Shown: positions 9,370-18,800, counted from the stretch's first letter. The stretch is 64,000 nucleotides of DNA from an uncultured Armatimonadia bacterium (GCA_964528605.1 CAZGSV010000003.1:2094-66093), one strand, 5' to 3'. Notes: generated by a model not told the origin, from the letters alone. Made by a program: numbers and translations.

Positions 9370-10041
9370 TCATGTGCGCCCGGCTGCCCAGAGCGCCGCG
9401 TTGCAGAGGACGCGCTTGACCTCGGACTGGAAGTAAACGGGACAGGTCTCGTGCCCGGGGCGGAAGTAGAAGATGCGGCCCTTGCCCCGCGTCCAGCAGC
9501 AGCCCGAACGGAACTCCTCGCCGCCCTCGAAGTAGGAGTAGAAGACGACCGCCTCCGGAGTCGGCACCGCGAACGGCTCGTTGTACATCTCGTCGTGCGG
9601 GATGACGAAGTCGGTCACGCCCTGGGCGATGGGATGGTCGGGCAGCAGCACCTTGACGCGCTCGGACTTGTCGTCCTCGCGCCAGCCACCCAGGCCGCAC
9701 TCGGTGCCCATGAGGGCCTTGAAGGGCTTGGAGTAGTGCGCGGAGTGCACGGGGCAGAAGCCCATGCCGTCCTCCTTCACGCGGCGGACGACGCGCTCGA
9801 CGTAACGATCCTCGACATCGCCGTGGCGGCCGTGGCCGAACCAGAAGAGCACGTCGGCTTCCGCAAGCCTGGCCTCCGACAGGCCCTGCTCGGGCTCGTT
9901 GATGTGGGCGGCGACGACAGTGATGCCGCCGCAGGCGTTGAGGGCTTCAGCGATGGCGCCGTGGATTCCGTTGGGGTAGACGTTCCTAGGCTCGGTCCAC
10001 TCAGACCAGACCAACGCGCGCACCGGGCAACACTCGCTCAT
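9370..10041 (-). CDS. ThuA-like (trehalose-utilisation/GATase1-like) protein
   Basis: 223 aa from ATG (MSECCPVRALVWSEW...). ThuA-like pattern (HG..H....GIHGAIAEAL, GKGRIFYFRPGH). Confidence 0.6.
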   Translation of the reverse strand: MSECCPVRALVWSEWTEPRNVYPNGIHGAIAEALNACGGITVVAAHINEPEQGLSEARLAEADVLFWFGHGRHGDVEDRYVERVVRRVKEDGMGFCPVHSAHYSKPFKALMGTECGLGGWREDDKSERVKVLLPDHPIAQGVTDFVIPHDEMYNEPFAVPTPEAVVFYSYFEGGEEFRSGCCWTRGKGRIFYFRPGHETCPVYFQSEVKRVLCNAALWAAGRT

Positions 10042-10249
10042 CTCAGCCTCCTGCTCAGGGCCCGGACCGGCTTCGCTCGCGGGCACGGGTTGACTTGTAG
10101 CGCGGCATAGTAGGCGGGCGCGAGGCGGGGGTCAAGCGACCAGGGCTGACGGCGCGCTATGAGCGTTCCCGCCTCTGGGCTATAATGCGCCCGCTCGCCC
10201 CTGGCGGGCGCACCTCTGGCTGCGAGCCAAGCGGAAAGGAAGCGTAGCG

Positions 10250-10879
10250 ATGGCGAAGATCAAGACTTTGCTTTTCTGCGGCGGGGAGATTCACGACGGC
10301 ATCGGGTGCGGCACGGTCATGCAGGAGGTGCTCGAAGAGACCGGGGAGTTCGAGATAACTCGCGTGGAAAACGACCTCTCCGTCTTCGAGAAGCCGGACC
10401 TGAAGAAGTACGACCTGATCGCGTTCTTCTACACCGTGGGGCAGATAACGGAGGCGCAGAAGAACGGCCTGCTCAACTTCGTCGCTTCGGGCAAGGGCAT
10501 CGCGGGGGCGCACTCGATGGCCGACTCGTTCCGCGACTGCCCGGAGTACCGGGCGATGGTCGGCGGCTACTTCGTCACCCATCCGCGCTTCCGCCAGTAC
10601 CAAGTGAGCATCGTGGACCCCGAGCACCCGCTCACGCAGGGCCTGGACGAGTTCTTCGTGGAGGATGAGCAGTACATCACCGCCTACGACTCGAGGGTGC
10701 ACGTGCTCGCCTCCGCATTGTGGAAGGGGCAGGCGATGCCGGTGGCGTGGACGCACACCTGGGGCAAAGGCCGCGTGTTCTACCTGGCGCTGGGCCACAA
10801 CCCCGAGGCCTGCCGCCATCAGATGTTCAAGGTGCTCTTCCAGCGCGGCGCGAAGTGGGCAGGGACGGCCACTGAGTAG
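10250..10879 (+). CDS. ThuA-like protein (second, divergent copy)
   Basis: 209 aa, LLFCGGEIHDG...GKGRVFYLALGH, the same family signature as the neighbouring gene. Divergently transcribed. Confidence 0.6.
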   Translation: MAKIKTLLFCGGEIHDGIGCGTVMQEVLEETGEFEITRVENDLSVFEKPDLKKYDLIAFFYTVGQITEAQKNGLLNFVASGKGIAGAHSMADSFRDCPEYRAMVGGYFVTHPRFRQYQVSIVDPEHPLTQGLDEFFVEDEQYITAYDSRVHVLASALWKGQAMPVAWTHTWGKGRVFYLALGHNPEACRHQMFKVLFQRGAKWAGTATE

Positions 10880-10933
10880 TCGCCAGTGACCAGTGGCCGG
10901 TAAGAGACCGCGGCGCGCCGGCGGGTGAGGGTT

Positions 10934-11806
10934 ATGCGGCATCTGATACTCGACACCGACATCGGCGACGACGTAGACGATGCCTTTGCTCTGGCGCTGC
11001 TCTTGCGGCTGCCGCAGGCCAACCTCACCGCGGTCACGACCGTGCACGGCGCGGTGGAGGCGCGCGCACGCATTGCATTGAAGATGGTTGCGGCGGCGTG
11101 CCGCGAAGATGTGCCGGTGTACGCCGGCAGCCCTGGCCGGGGCGAGCGCAGCCGCCCACTCGCTTACGGCGGCTGGGCATCGGATTGGCATGACACTCAG
11201 CCGGCCGCAGGCGATGCGGCATCGTTCATCGTCTCGCGCGTCACGGACTCGCCGCCGGGGACGGTCACGCTTCTCGCCGTGGGCCCCCTGAGCAATGTAG
11301 CCCTTGCGCTAAGGCAGGAGCCGCGCGTGGCCGCGCGTTTGCGCCGGCTGGTGATAATGGGGGGCTCGGTGCGAGTGGGCTACAGGCCTGGGAGTCCGCC
11401 CTGTCTGGAGTACAACATCGCCTGCGATCCGGCGGCGGCCAAGGTGGTCTTTGAGAGCGGCGCGCCGCTGCTGGTGGCGCCTCTGGACGCCACCATGATG
11501 CTCCAGCCCTCGCGCGAGCAACTCGAGGCCTTGGCCGGCTCCCCTGCCCCTCTGGCGCGGGCCTTGCAGGAATGCCTGACCCTGTGGGGCCGGGGCGTGC
11601 CCACGCTCTTCGATCCGATGGCCGCCGCCTGCGCGCTGGACGACCCGGGCCTGCGGTTCGCGGAGACCGAGCGGATGCACCTCGAGGTCACCGACAACGG
11701 GCTAACAGTGGAACGCCGCGGCCTGCCCCCCAACGCCGAGGTGGCGACCAGCGCGAGGGCGCAGGATTTCCTCAACTGGTACTTCGACGCGCTCCTGCGG
11801 GCGTAG
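10934..11806 (+). CDS. nucleoside hydrolase (inosine-uridine preferring family)
   Basis: DTDIGDDVDDAFAL Ca-binding aspartate cluster close to the N-terminus. ATG at 10934 preferred over GTG at 10925. Confidence 0.75.
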   Translation: MRHLILDTDIGDDVDDAFALALLLRLPQANLTAVTTVHGAVEARARIALKMVAAACREDVPVYAGSPGRGERSRPLAYGGWASDWHDTQPAAGDAASFIVSRVTDSPPGTVTLLAVGPLSNVALALRQEPRVAARLRRLVIMGGSVRVGYRPGSPPCLEYNIACDPAAAKVVFESGAPLLVAPLDATMMLQPSREQLEALAGSPAPLARALQECLTLWGRGVPTLFDPMAAACALDDPGLRFAETERMHLEVTDNGLTVERRGLPPNAEVATSARAQDFLNWYFDALLRA

Positions 11807-11809
11807 TGA

Positions 11810-13759
11810 CTACCGTCCGGTTCCCGCTCTGGGCCGTTGGTGCTTTGCGACCAGGGAGTTCGCCCGCCGCAATTGCGCCTCGATCTGGCCCAGTTGCCGA
11901 GTGATGTACTCCCGCGGATGGCCGACGGCCTCCTCCGCCTCGTGCGCCAGCCCGGCCTCAACGCGTTTCAGGAAGCCACTGATGTCCGCCTCGCCCAACG
12001 GGTAGGGATCCGCGGCCCAGCCCGCGAGCAGCGTGGCCAACTCCGCCCGCCACTCGGCCTGTTCCGCCTCCGCCCCTGAGACCAGCGGCGCGGGGTTGCT
12101 CTCCCACTGCATTCCCCTAAGCGCCAGTATGAGGGGCTCGTAGTCGCAATCGGACCGCAGGCGCGGGAAGCCGAACTCCACCACGCGAACGTCCTCCGCG
12201 CCCTCGAGCCGGCGGTGGTAGTTGAGCCGCGAAAACTCCAGGCCCGTGTAGGGATTCACGATCTCGCCCTCGTAGATGCGGCGCTCGCGCAGCCGGCCCT
12301 GCTCGTCCTCCCTCACGTCGCCGCCGAGCAGCAAGAGGCAGATGAGGTCGTTGGGATGCTCGGGAGTGGCGAACGGCCTCCCGCGCGGCGGATCCACGGA
12401 GAGATGAATGCTGTGCGAAGGCACGGGCACGAAGCGGACGATCTCCTCGATGAGCCGCGCCAAGACCCAGGGGTCGCACGTGGCCGGCTTGGACAGGTCG
12501 CCCACGATGCGGTAACGGCCGAGCGCGAATTCGAGGAAGCCGCGGCTGCGCTCGCGCGAGCCGGTGACGAATTTGTGGTCGTCCCTATAGCCGCCGAGTT
12601 TCCACAGCCGGCGCGTCAGGTCGAAGTCGTGGAAATAGTAGAAGCAATCGAACACCGGGTCCTGTCCGGGCCCTGCGGCGATGGTTGCCCTGCCTAGGTG
12701 GCTCAGTTCAAGTTCCGCGCCCAGGGGCGTCCCCCCCTTAGAGCGATGCCCCGCCACCCAGGCCGCGATTTCCGCTGCCTGGTGCTGGTCGAACAGAGCC
12801 TCGGCGATGAGCACCCCTGCCGCCACGTAGTCGCTGTACTCCATCTCGCCGTGGTAGAGCCCGAGGTCGCGCGCAGCGATATGCTGCGCCAGCGCCTGCT
12901 TGCGTTCGTTGAGGTAGCGCAGGGCGATCAGCGAGGAGAGCATGTGCTGATGGAAAGCAGCGGGCGTGCGCGTCAGCGAACGAAACTCGCGGCGCACTTT
13001 ATCCTCAACCTCGTTGAAGACCGTGAAGCGCGCGATCAAGTCGAGGTATGCAGGGGCGTAGGGCTGCGCTGCCGGCTCCTCAGCGAGCCAGCGGAGGCTG
13101 GGCAAGGGCTGCTGCCGCACGGCGTAGCGCAGGAGATGCGGCGAGAGCGCCCCCTCGAACTGCGCTTGCAGCATCTCCTCGGTGGCGCCGCCCAGCAACT
13201 CGGCCCGGATGCGTCCTTGCACGGCTGCCGACTTCTCGTCGCCCACCTCGGACTGCAGCAGGCGCTCCAGGCGCTCAGCGAGGTGCTCCTCTACGCGTTC
13301 CTCCGGCCCCATTCCCTCGGCGGCGCCAAAGGCGCCGGGGTTGCCCACGTAGGTGTAGGCGGCCACCTCCTCGCCTTCCACAACGACGGACACCTGGCGC
13401 CGAAAGTACAGGTGGCCCTCGCCCTCGTATTCGTCCATGCGGAGCAGCGACTCGGCGTCGAGGCCCTCGATGACCTTGCCGCGGACGGTGCGCCCTTCCT
13501 TGGCGATGATGTAGGGATAGGCCGAGCCCCCCCCTGCACGCTCGAACCCGCGCAGGATGGCGTCGCGGTAGTGGAAGCCCTTGCCCGTGAGCGCGCGCAC
13601 GTGTCGGGGGTCGAGCAGCGTGCCATAGACGAAGAGGCGGTAGGTTGGCGGCTTGGCCCTGGGCTGGGCGCTGGGCGCGCGCGGGTCCTGATTCCGCTGG
13701 TCCGCTGTGTCCGTCACGCCCTCCCGCCTCTTGGCCGGGCTACTAGCCTTTCCAGCCAC
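11810..13759 (-). CDS. large hypothetical protein with N-terminal gamma-glutamylcyclotransferase (GGCT/AIG2)-like domain
   Basis: YRLFVYGTLLDP...EGYLRMDEYEGEG matches the GGCT-like fold signature. The remaining ~500 aa were not recognised. The 5' end overlaps hypB by ~45 nt, so the true start may lie further downstream. Confidence 0.5.
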   Translation of the reverse strand: MAGKASSPAKRREGVTDTADQRNQDPRAPSAQPRAKPPTYRLFVYGTLLDPRHVRALTGKGFHYRDAILRGFERAGGGSAYPYIIAKEGRTVRGKVIEGLDAESLLRMDEYEGEGHLYFRRQVSVVVEGEEVAAYTYVGNPGAFGAAEGMGPEERVEEHLAERLERLLQSEVGDEKSAAVQGRIRAELLGGATEEMLQAQFEGALSPHLLRYAVRQQPLPSLRWLAEEPAAQPYAPAYLDLIARFTVFNEVEDKVRREFRSLTRTPAAFHQHMLSSLIALRYLNERKQALAQHIAARDLGLYHGEMEYSDYVAAGVLIAEALFDQHQAAEIAAWVAGHRSKGGTPLGAELELSHLGRATIAAGPGQDPVFDCFYYFHDFDLTRRLWKLGGYRDDHKFVTGSRERSRGFLEFALGRYRIVGDLSKPATCDPWVLARLIEEIVRFVPVPSHSIHLSVDPPRGRPFATPEHPNDLICLLLLGGDVREDEQGRLRERRIYEGEIVNPYTGLEFSRLNYHRRLEGAEDVRVVEFGFPRLRSDCDYEPLILALRGMQWESNPAPLVSGAEAEQAEWRAELATLLAGWAADPYPLGEADISGFLKRVEAGLAHEAEEAVGHPREYITRQLGQIEAQLRRANSLVAKHQRPRAGTGR

Positions 13760-14394
13760 GCGAGCCAGGCGTCCATGCCTTCCCCGCTCATGGCCGAGAG
13801 CGCGATGACCTCGACGCCCGGAGCGACCGCGCGCACGGTCTCGCGCAGGCGCGCCAACGAGACCGGCAAGTGCGGGAGCAGGTCAATCTTGCTTATGAGC
13901 GCCGCCGCCAGCCCCTGGAAGATCGCGGGATACTTGAGCGGCTTCTCCTCGCCCTCGGTGACGCTGAGCAGCACGACGCGCGCGTTCTCGCCCAGGTCGA
14001 AGGCGGCGGGGCAGATGAGGTTGCCCACGTTCTCGATGAAGAGCAGGTCCGCGGCCCGCAGGTCCAGGGAATCGAGCGCGCGCGCCACCATGCCAGCGCT
14101 CAGATGGCATTCGCCGCCGAAGGCGCTCGTGGTCACTTGCACGGCGGGGATGCCCAGGCGGTGGAGCCTGCGAGCGTCAAGATCGGTGGCGACATCGCCC
14201 TGCACGGCCGCCAGCCTCCAGCGCCCGCCCGCCAGTTCAGCCGTCTTCTCCAACAGCGAGGTCTTGCCTGCCCCCGGCGAACTCATCAGGTTGACGGCAA
14301 CGCAGCCGGCCTCCCGCAGGCGCCGACGAATGGCGTCCGCCTGTGCGCGGTCGTCCGCCAGCATGTCCTCGCCTATCTCTATGCGCTCGGACAT
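13714..14394 (-). CDS. hypB: hydrogenase/urease-type nickel-incorporation GTPase HypB
   Basis: P-loop SPGAGKTSLLE and ENVGNLICPAAFDLGE signature. ATG (MSERIEIGEDML) chosen at 14394. Confidence 0.85.
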   Translation of the reverse strand: MSERIEIGEDMLADDRAQADAIRRRLREAGCVAVNLMSSPGAGKTSLLEKTAELAGGRWRLAAVQGDVATDLDARRLHRLGIPAVQVTTSAFGGECHLSAGMVARALDSLDLRAADLLFIENVGNLICPAAFDLGENARVVLLSVTEGEEKPLKYPAIFQGLAAALISKIDLLPHLPVSLARLRETVRAVAPGVEVIALSAMSGEGMDAWLAWLERLVARPRGGRA

Positions 14395-14747
14395 TTCTGC
14401 TTCTCCTCGACCAACTCCAGCGACTCGATCTCCAGTTCCCGGCCGCTCACCAACTCCACCTGTTCGCTCCCGCACGCTGGGCACCTGAACGGCGGCCCGC
14501 GCACTTCGGACTCCTGTCCGCACCCTGAGCAGCGCAGCCTGGGCGGCACCGACTCGATCTCGACTCGTGCTCCGGCAAGCGGACTGTGCGGCAGCAGCAA
14601 CTCCAGGCCAAACCTGAGCGCCTCCACCTCGACGCCGGAGAGTTGCCCGACGCGCAGGCGGATGGCCGCCGCGCGGGTGCCCGGGCGGCTGTGCAGCGCC
14701 CTGGAGGCCCTGTCCACGATTCGACTCGCCAGCGCGAATTCGTGCAT
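14379..14747 (-). CDS. hypA: nickel-insertion protein HypA
   Basis: Starts MHEFALA, with two CxxC pairs (CSGCG...CPACG). 122 aa. 3' end overlaps the hypB start. Confidence 0.8.
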   Translation of the reverse strand: MHEFALASRIVDRASRALHSRPGTRAAAIRLRVGQLSGVEVEALRFGLELLLPHSPLAGARVEIESVPPRLRCSGCGQESEVRGPPFRCPACGSEQVELVSGRELEIESLELVEEKQKCPSA

Positions 14748-14928
14748 TCTCCGGTTCGGCGGTCCCGCCGCTTACGCCAGTGGTTCCGCCGCCATCCTCC
14801 CCAGTTTACCCGGCCCCGTCAACGGGCGTTCGGCGCCGAGTTCGCCGGCTGGCGGCCGCGGGATTTGAGGAAGCGGGCCGGTTGATGCACAATTGCACAC
14901 CACTTCCATATGGGAGGGAGCATCGGCA

Positions 14929-15996
14929 ATGGTTCGAGTAGGTGTTATCGGCGCCGGCATGATCGCTCAACGCGAGCACATCCCCGGTTATCAGAAGTGC
15001 GGCAACGCGGAGGTCGTGGCGGTTGCGGACCCGCTGGAGGACCGCGTCAAAGAGGTAGCGTGCTGCTTCAACATCCCCAACGTCTACACCGAGTGGCGCA
15101 AAGTGGTGCAGCGGAAGGACGTTGACGCCGTGAGCGTGTGCACGCCCAACGCGACCCACGCGGAGATCTCCATCGCCGCCGCCAAGGCAGGCAAGCACGT
15201 GCTGGTGGAGAAGCCGATGGCCACCTCCATGGCGGAGGTGGACGCCATGATAGCCGCGGCCGAGAAGGCCGGCGTGCATCTCATGGTGGAGCAGACCGTC
15301 CGCTTCTACCCCGAGTCGGAGGCCGCCAAGGACATCCTCGAGAGCGGCATACTCGGGAAGATCCAGACCGTCCGCGGTCGCGTCAGTCACGGCGGGCCCG
15401 AGTATTGGAGCCCGACGGGCAAATGGTTCTTGCAGAGGAAGCACGCCTTCGGCGGCACCATGTGCGATCTGGCCATTCACGGCATTGATCTAATCCGCTG
15501 GCTGGTGGGCGAACCCATCGTCGAGGTCGCGGGCTTCCAGGGGCTGCTCGAGAAGAAGGGCACCGACGTGGAGGACAACGGCGTCTTCATTTACAAGTTC
15601 GCCAGCGGGGCGATGGGCACCATGGAGTCCTCGTGGACCACGCGCCCGGAGGACACCTGCGTCCACCTCTACTGCCAGAACGGCAACATCAAGTTGACGC
15701 TATGGCAGGAGGAGGAGACGGTGGTGACGCAGCCGATGGTGGTGGAGGTGGAGTGCCCCGCTGGGGCGTTCGTGCCCAGCCTGCCGAAGGAGAGCCGGCG
15801 GGGCGGGCCGTTCGCCTACTTCGTCCACTGCATTGAGACCGGCGAGAAGCCGTTCGTCTCGGGCGAGGAGGGCGGCGCGAGCCTGGAGGTCATTCTGGCG
15901 GCCTACGAATCCGCCCGCACGGGCAAAATCGTCCGGCTGCCTCTGCCGCGCAAGAGGGCAGAGGCCGCGCCCACACGGGGCAAGAAGCGGAGGTAG
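14929..15996 (+). CDS. Gfo/Idh/MocA-family oxidoreductase
   Basis: MVRVGVIGAGMIAQ Rossmann start and EKPMA motif. ATG at 14929 preferred over the upstream extension. Confidence 0.8.
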   Translation: MVRVGVIGAGMIAQREHIPGYQKCGNAEVVAVADPLEDRVKEVACCFNIPNVYTEWRKVVQRKDVDAVSVCTPNATHAEISIAAAKAGKHVLVEKPMATSMAEVDAMIAAAEKAGVHLMVEQTVRFYPESEAAKDILESGILGKIQTVRGRVSHGGPEYWSPTGKWFLQRKHAFGGTMCDLAIHGIDLIRWLVGEPIVEVAGFQGLLEKKGTDVEDNGVFIYKFASGAMGTMESSWTTRPEDTCVHLYCQNGNIKLTLWQEEETVVTQPMVVEVECPAGAFVPSLPKESRRGGPFAYFVHCIETGEKPFVSGEEGGASLEVILAAYESARTGKIVRLPLPRKRAEAAPTRGKKRR

Positions 15997-16069
15997 AGAG
16001 CGCGACACCTGCGCGCGCGGGTTCCTCCTACGGCGGGCGAGCGGGAGCCTGCTCTACAGCGCCGACCCC

Positions 16070-16144
16070 GATGCCTGACGGCATCGCGGGCCGATTAAGA
16101 ATCGGCCCCTACGCCAGACGGCGGGCGAGCCGCCCGGCTCGCCC
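16070..16144. terminator. three GC-rich hairpins between convergent genes (GATGCCtgacGGCATC 16070-16085, GGGCCGATTaagAATCGGCCC 16088-16108, GGGCGAGCCgcccGGCTCGCCC 16123-16144)
   Basis: Perfect inverted repeats read directly and flanked by CCTACG motifs. Likely bidirectional terminators or REP-like elements. Confidence 0.4.
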
Positions 16145-17419
16145 CTACCGTTTGTCCACGCCGGGGATGGTCGTCCGCGGCTCGACGGGGATGCTCAGCA
16201 ATTCGTCGGCGTTCTCGTGGATCTTGGCGCAGGCGTCCACGATGGAATCGAGCCCCTTCTCCTCCTCCAGCAGCAGCCAGTGGAAGAGCGTGACGCCCTC
16301 GTCGTAGGCGGCCCTCTCCGCAACCGGGAGCGAGAAGCGCCGCGGGTCGATCTCCTTCCAGTGCGCCTCGCTGAAGTGATAGCGCGGCTTGGTGTGCGGT
16401 TGGTAGATGTCGCAGTTGTTCAGCGGCGAGTACGGCGTCCATAACCCGAGCCCGAGTTCCTTGCCGAGCGCCACGTTGAAGGCATCGCGCGGCGCGCCCT
16501 TGAAATGCTCGCGGTTGTAACGGAAGCAATAGAGGTAGCAGTCCTGCCGGGTCACCCGCGGGTCGCGCTTCATCGGCGCCAGGCCAGGAATCTCCGCCAG
16601 ACGCTTGTTGAGGTAGAGGGCACGCTCGTCACGCAACTTGGTGCGCTCCTCGAGCAGTTCGAACTGCGCGAGCAAGGTGGCGGCCTGGAACTCGGTGATG
16701 CGGAAGTTGCCGCTCTGGATGTTCTCGCCCTCGCCGTCCTTGAACTTGCGGCCGCAGTTGCGCAGCGAATAGACGCGCAAGAACAGGTCGCGGTCGTCCA
16801 TTAGGATGATGCCGCCCTCGCCCGAGGGCAGCACCTTGGTCTCCTGACAACTGAACGAGCCGAGATTGCCGATGGCGCCCGCGCCCTTGCCCTTCCAGAA
16901 GGAGCCGTGCTGGTGCGCCGTGTCTTCGACGACGAATAGGTTGTGGCGCTTGGCGATGTCCATGATCGCGTCCATGTCGGCCATGCAGTTGTAGAGGTGA
17001 ACGGGGATGATGGCCTTGGTGCGCGGGGTGATGGCCTCCTCCGCCTTCTTGGGGTCAATGCAGTAGGTGTCCGGCTCGACGTCCACGATCATGGGCACGG
17101 CGTTGACGTCGAGGCAGGCGGCGGCGGTGGCCTGGAAGGTGAGCCCGGGGACGATGACCTCGTCGCCCGCGCCGATGCCCAGGGCCTCCAGGCAAAGTTG
17201 CAGGGAGACGGTGCCATTGGCCACGCAGAGAGCGTACTTGGCGCCCTTGAACTGGGCGAACTTCTCCTGAAACTCCCACTCCTTGGGGCCGTCGAAAGAC
17301 CACTTGTCGGCCTTTACGACCTCGAGGATGAGGTCTATCTGGCGCTGGGTGTGCTGCGGCCAGGTGGGCCAGGGCTTGGTGCGCACCGGCGTGCCGCCGT
17401 GGATTGCTAGTTTGGCCAT
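16145..17419 (-). CDS. DegT/DnrJ/EryC1/StrS-family PLP-dependent sugar aminotransferase
   Basis: MAKLAIHGG...KWSFDGPKEWEFQEKFA... conserved pattern of the family. ATG at 17419. The 300-aa upstream in-frame extension in the ORF track overlaps the divergent aldolase gene and is rejected. Confidence 0.8.
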   Translation of the reverse strand: MAKLAIHGGTPVRTKPWPTWPQHTQRQIDLILEVVKADKWSFDGPKEWEFQEKFAQFKGAKYALCVANGTVSLQLCLEALGIGAGDEVIVPGLTFQATAAACLDVNAVPMIVDVEPDTYCIDPKKAEEAITPRTKAIIPVHLYNCMADMDAIMDIAKRHNLFVVEDTAHQHGSFWKGKGAGAIGNLGSFSCQETKVLPSGEGGIILMDDRDLFLRVYSLRNCGRKFKDGEGENIQSGNFRITEFQAATLLAQFELLEERTKLRDERALYLNKRLAEIPGLAPMKRDPRVTRQDCYLYCFRYNREHFKGAPRDAFNVALGKELGLGLWTPYSPLNNCDIYQPHTKPRYHFSEAHWKEIDPRRFSLPVAERAAYDEGVTLFHWLLLEEEKGLDSIVDACAKIHENADELLSIPVEPRTTIPGVDKR

Positions 17420-17520
17420 TCGTTCACCACTTCCTTGGGCTGGGCTCGCCCGCCTCAGGCGGACGGGAGAGTTATTGTAGCGCGCCGCGCGTGCCGCCGC
17501 AACGTGCTCCACCCGCCACC

Positions 17521-17554
17521 AAGTAGACAGTAGGTAGCAGACAGTAGATAGTAG
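17521..17554. promoter_or_regulatory. ACAGTAG direct-repeat array (AGTAGACAGTAGGTAGCAGACAGTAGATAGTAGC) in the divergent promoter region
   Basis: Repeats have 14-nt phasing and lie in an AT-enriched patch between divergently transcribed aminotransferase and aldolase genes. The same motif is at 9345, 30512, 30657 and 30739. Confidence 0.4.
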
Positions 17555-17602
17555 CGGGCAAGGGGACCTGACGTAGGCGCCCGGCGTCGGAAGAGGGCAA
17601 GG

Positions 17603-18388
17603 ATGAAGGCCAACAAGACCAAGCAGATTCTGCGGCAGGGCGGGACGGCGGTGGGGACGATGGTGGCGGACTTCCGCAGCCCGGAGGTGGCGGCGGTGCT
17701 GGCCTCCGCCGGCTTCGATTTCCTCATCATTGACAACGAGCACGGCCCCTACGACTTGGAGACGGACCACGAGATCATCCGCCACGCGCGCAAGTGCGGC
17801 ATTGACGCCTTCGTGCGCGTGCCGGACGCGCAGTATCACCTCATCGCGCGCACGCTCGACATCGGCGCCGAGGGGGTGATGGTGCCGCGCGTGGAGGAGC
17901 GGGCTACCGTCGAGGAGATCGTTGCCGCCGTCAAGTACCCGCCGGTGGGCAGGCGCGGCTACGGCGTGAGGAGCATCATCACCGACCGCGAGCCGGTCTC
18001 CATGCCGGAAGCCATCGAGTTCCTCAACGCCAACACGCTCATCATCATCCAGATTGAGACGGCCCGCGCCGTGGAAAATGTCGCGGACCTGGTCTCCGTG
18101 CCTGGCGTGGACGTGGCCCTCATTGGGCCCGCGGACCTCTCGGTGTCTCTGGGAGTTCCCGGGGAGTCCGAGCACCCCAAGATGATAGAGGCGATCCAGC
18201 GGGTAGTGGACGCCTGTCAGAAAGCGGGCGTTGCGGCCTCCGCGCATCTGGGAAGCGTGGAGCAGTTGCGCTTCTGGCACGAGCGCGGGATGCGCTGCCT
18301 CGTCTGCTCCACCGACAGCGGCTTCATGCATGCCGCCGCGAGCGAATGCGCTTCGGCGCTGAGACGGATAGCGGCCACCGGCCAGTGA
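17603..18388 (+). CDS. HpcH/HpaI-family 2-keto-3-deoxy-acid aldolase
   Basis: 261 aa; LIIDNEHGP and IIQIETA motifs of the HpcH/HpaI aldolase family. RBS GAAGAGGG upstream. Confidence 0.8.
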   Translation: MKANKTKQILRQGGTAVGTMVADFRSPEVAAVLASAGFDFLIIDNEHGPYDLETDHEIIRHARKCGIDAFVRVPDAQYHLIARTLDIGAEGVMVPRVEERATVEEIVAAVKYPPVGRRGYGVRSIITDREPVSMPEAIEFLNANTLIIIQIETARAVENVADLVSVPGVDVALIGPADLSVSLGVPGESEHPKMIEAIQRVVDACQKAGVAASAHLGSVEQLRFWHERGMRCLVCSTDSGFMHAAASECASALRRIAATGQ

Positions 18389-18599
18389 GCAGTGCGGAGT
18401 GGCGAGTGGGCAGTGCTCAGTGGCCAGCGGGCAGTGCGCGCCACGGGCAGAAGAAGTAGCCGGTAGGCGGCATCACGGGCGGTGAGTCGCAGGGCTGCGA
18501 CAAGGGAAGTCTGTGCGGTGCGCCCGGTTTCTCGAGGCCTGATGGGGTCTTGCGCCCGGGGTAGACCCGGACGCTACCGCCCGGTACGCGGGCGGAGGC

Positions 18600-18800
18600 G
18601 AGGGCTGTTGGTGCACCCCCGGACGCTGCCCGACGCCTGGCGGCGTCGCGGCTGCCTGACGCGAGTGCCCTGGGGCGACCGAATAGGGGAGGACGTAGGG
18701 GCAGGCCCCCGTGCCTGCCCTGGGTAGCACCAAGGCCCTCGCGCCCCATCGCGACAAGAATGTCGCTCCTACAGCGTCTACGCCTGGCGGCGTGCCCTAG
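18600..18800. repeat. REP-like units (GACGCCTGGCGGCGTC at 18632-18647; CTACGCCTGGCGGCGTG at 18778-18794) plus hairpin GTAGGGGCAGGCccccgtGCCTGCCC
   Basis: Near-identical to the units at 9161/9271. Located in a 400-nt convergent intergenic region. Confidence 0.65.

Noticed and set aside
10087-10249. sigma70 promoter in the ThuA divergent region (TTGACT at 10084; TATAAT at 10187)
   Set aside because: The two hexamers are about 100 nt apart and neither has a properly spaced partner, so no confident promoter is called.
13714-14747. Presence of a hydrogenase operon implied by hypA-hypB
   Set aside because: No hydrogenase large/small subunit, hypCDEF, urease or CODH gene is visible anywhere in the 64 kb, so only the chaperone pair is called.
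17420-18331. Upstream in-frame extension of the aminotransferase ORF (track ORF 16145-18331, 728 aa)
   Set aside because: The extension overlaps the well-supported divergent HpcH/HpaI aldolase gene and has no recognisable domain. The conserved DegT N-terminus begins at the ATG at 17419.
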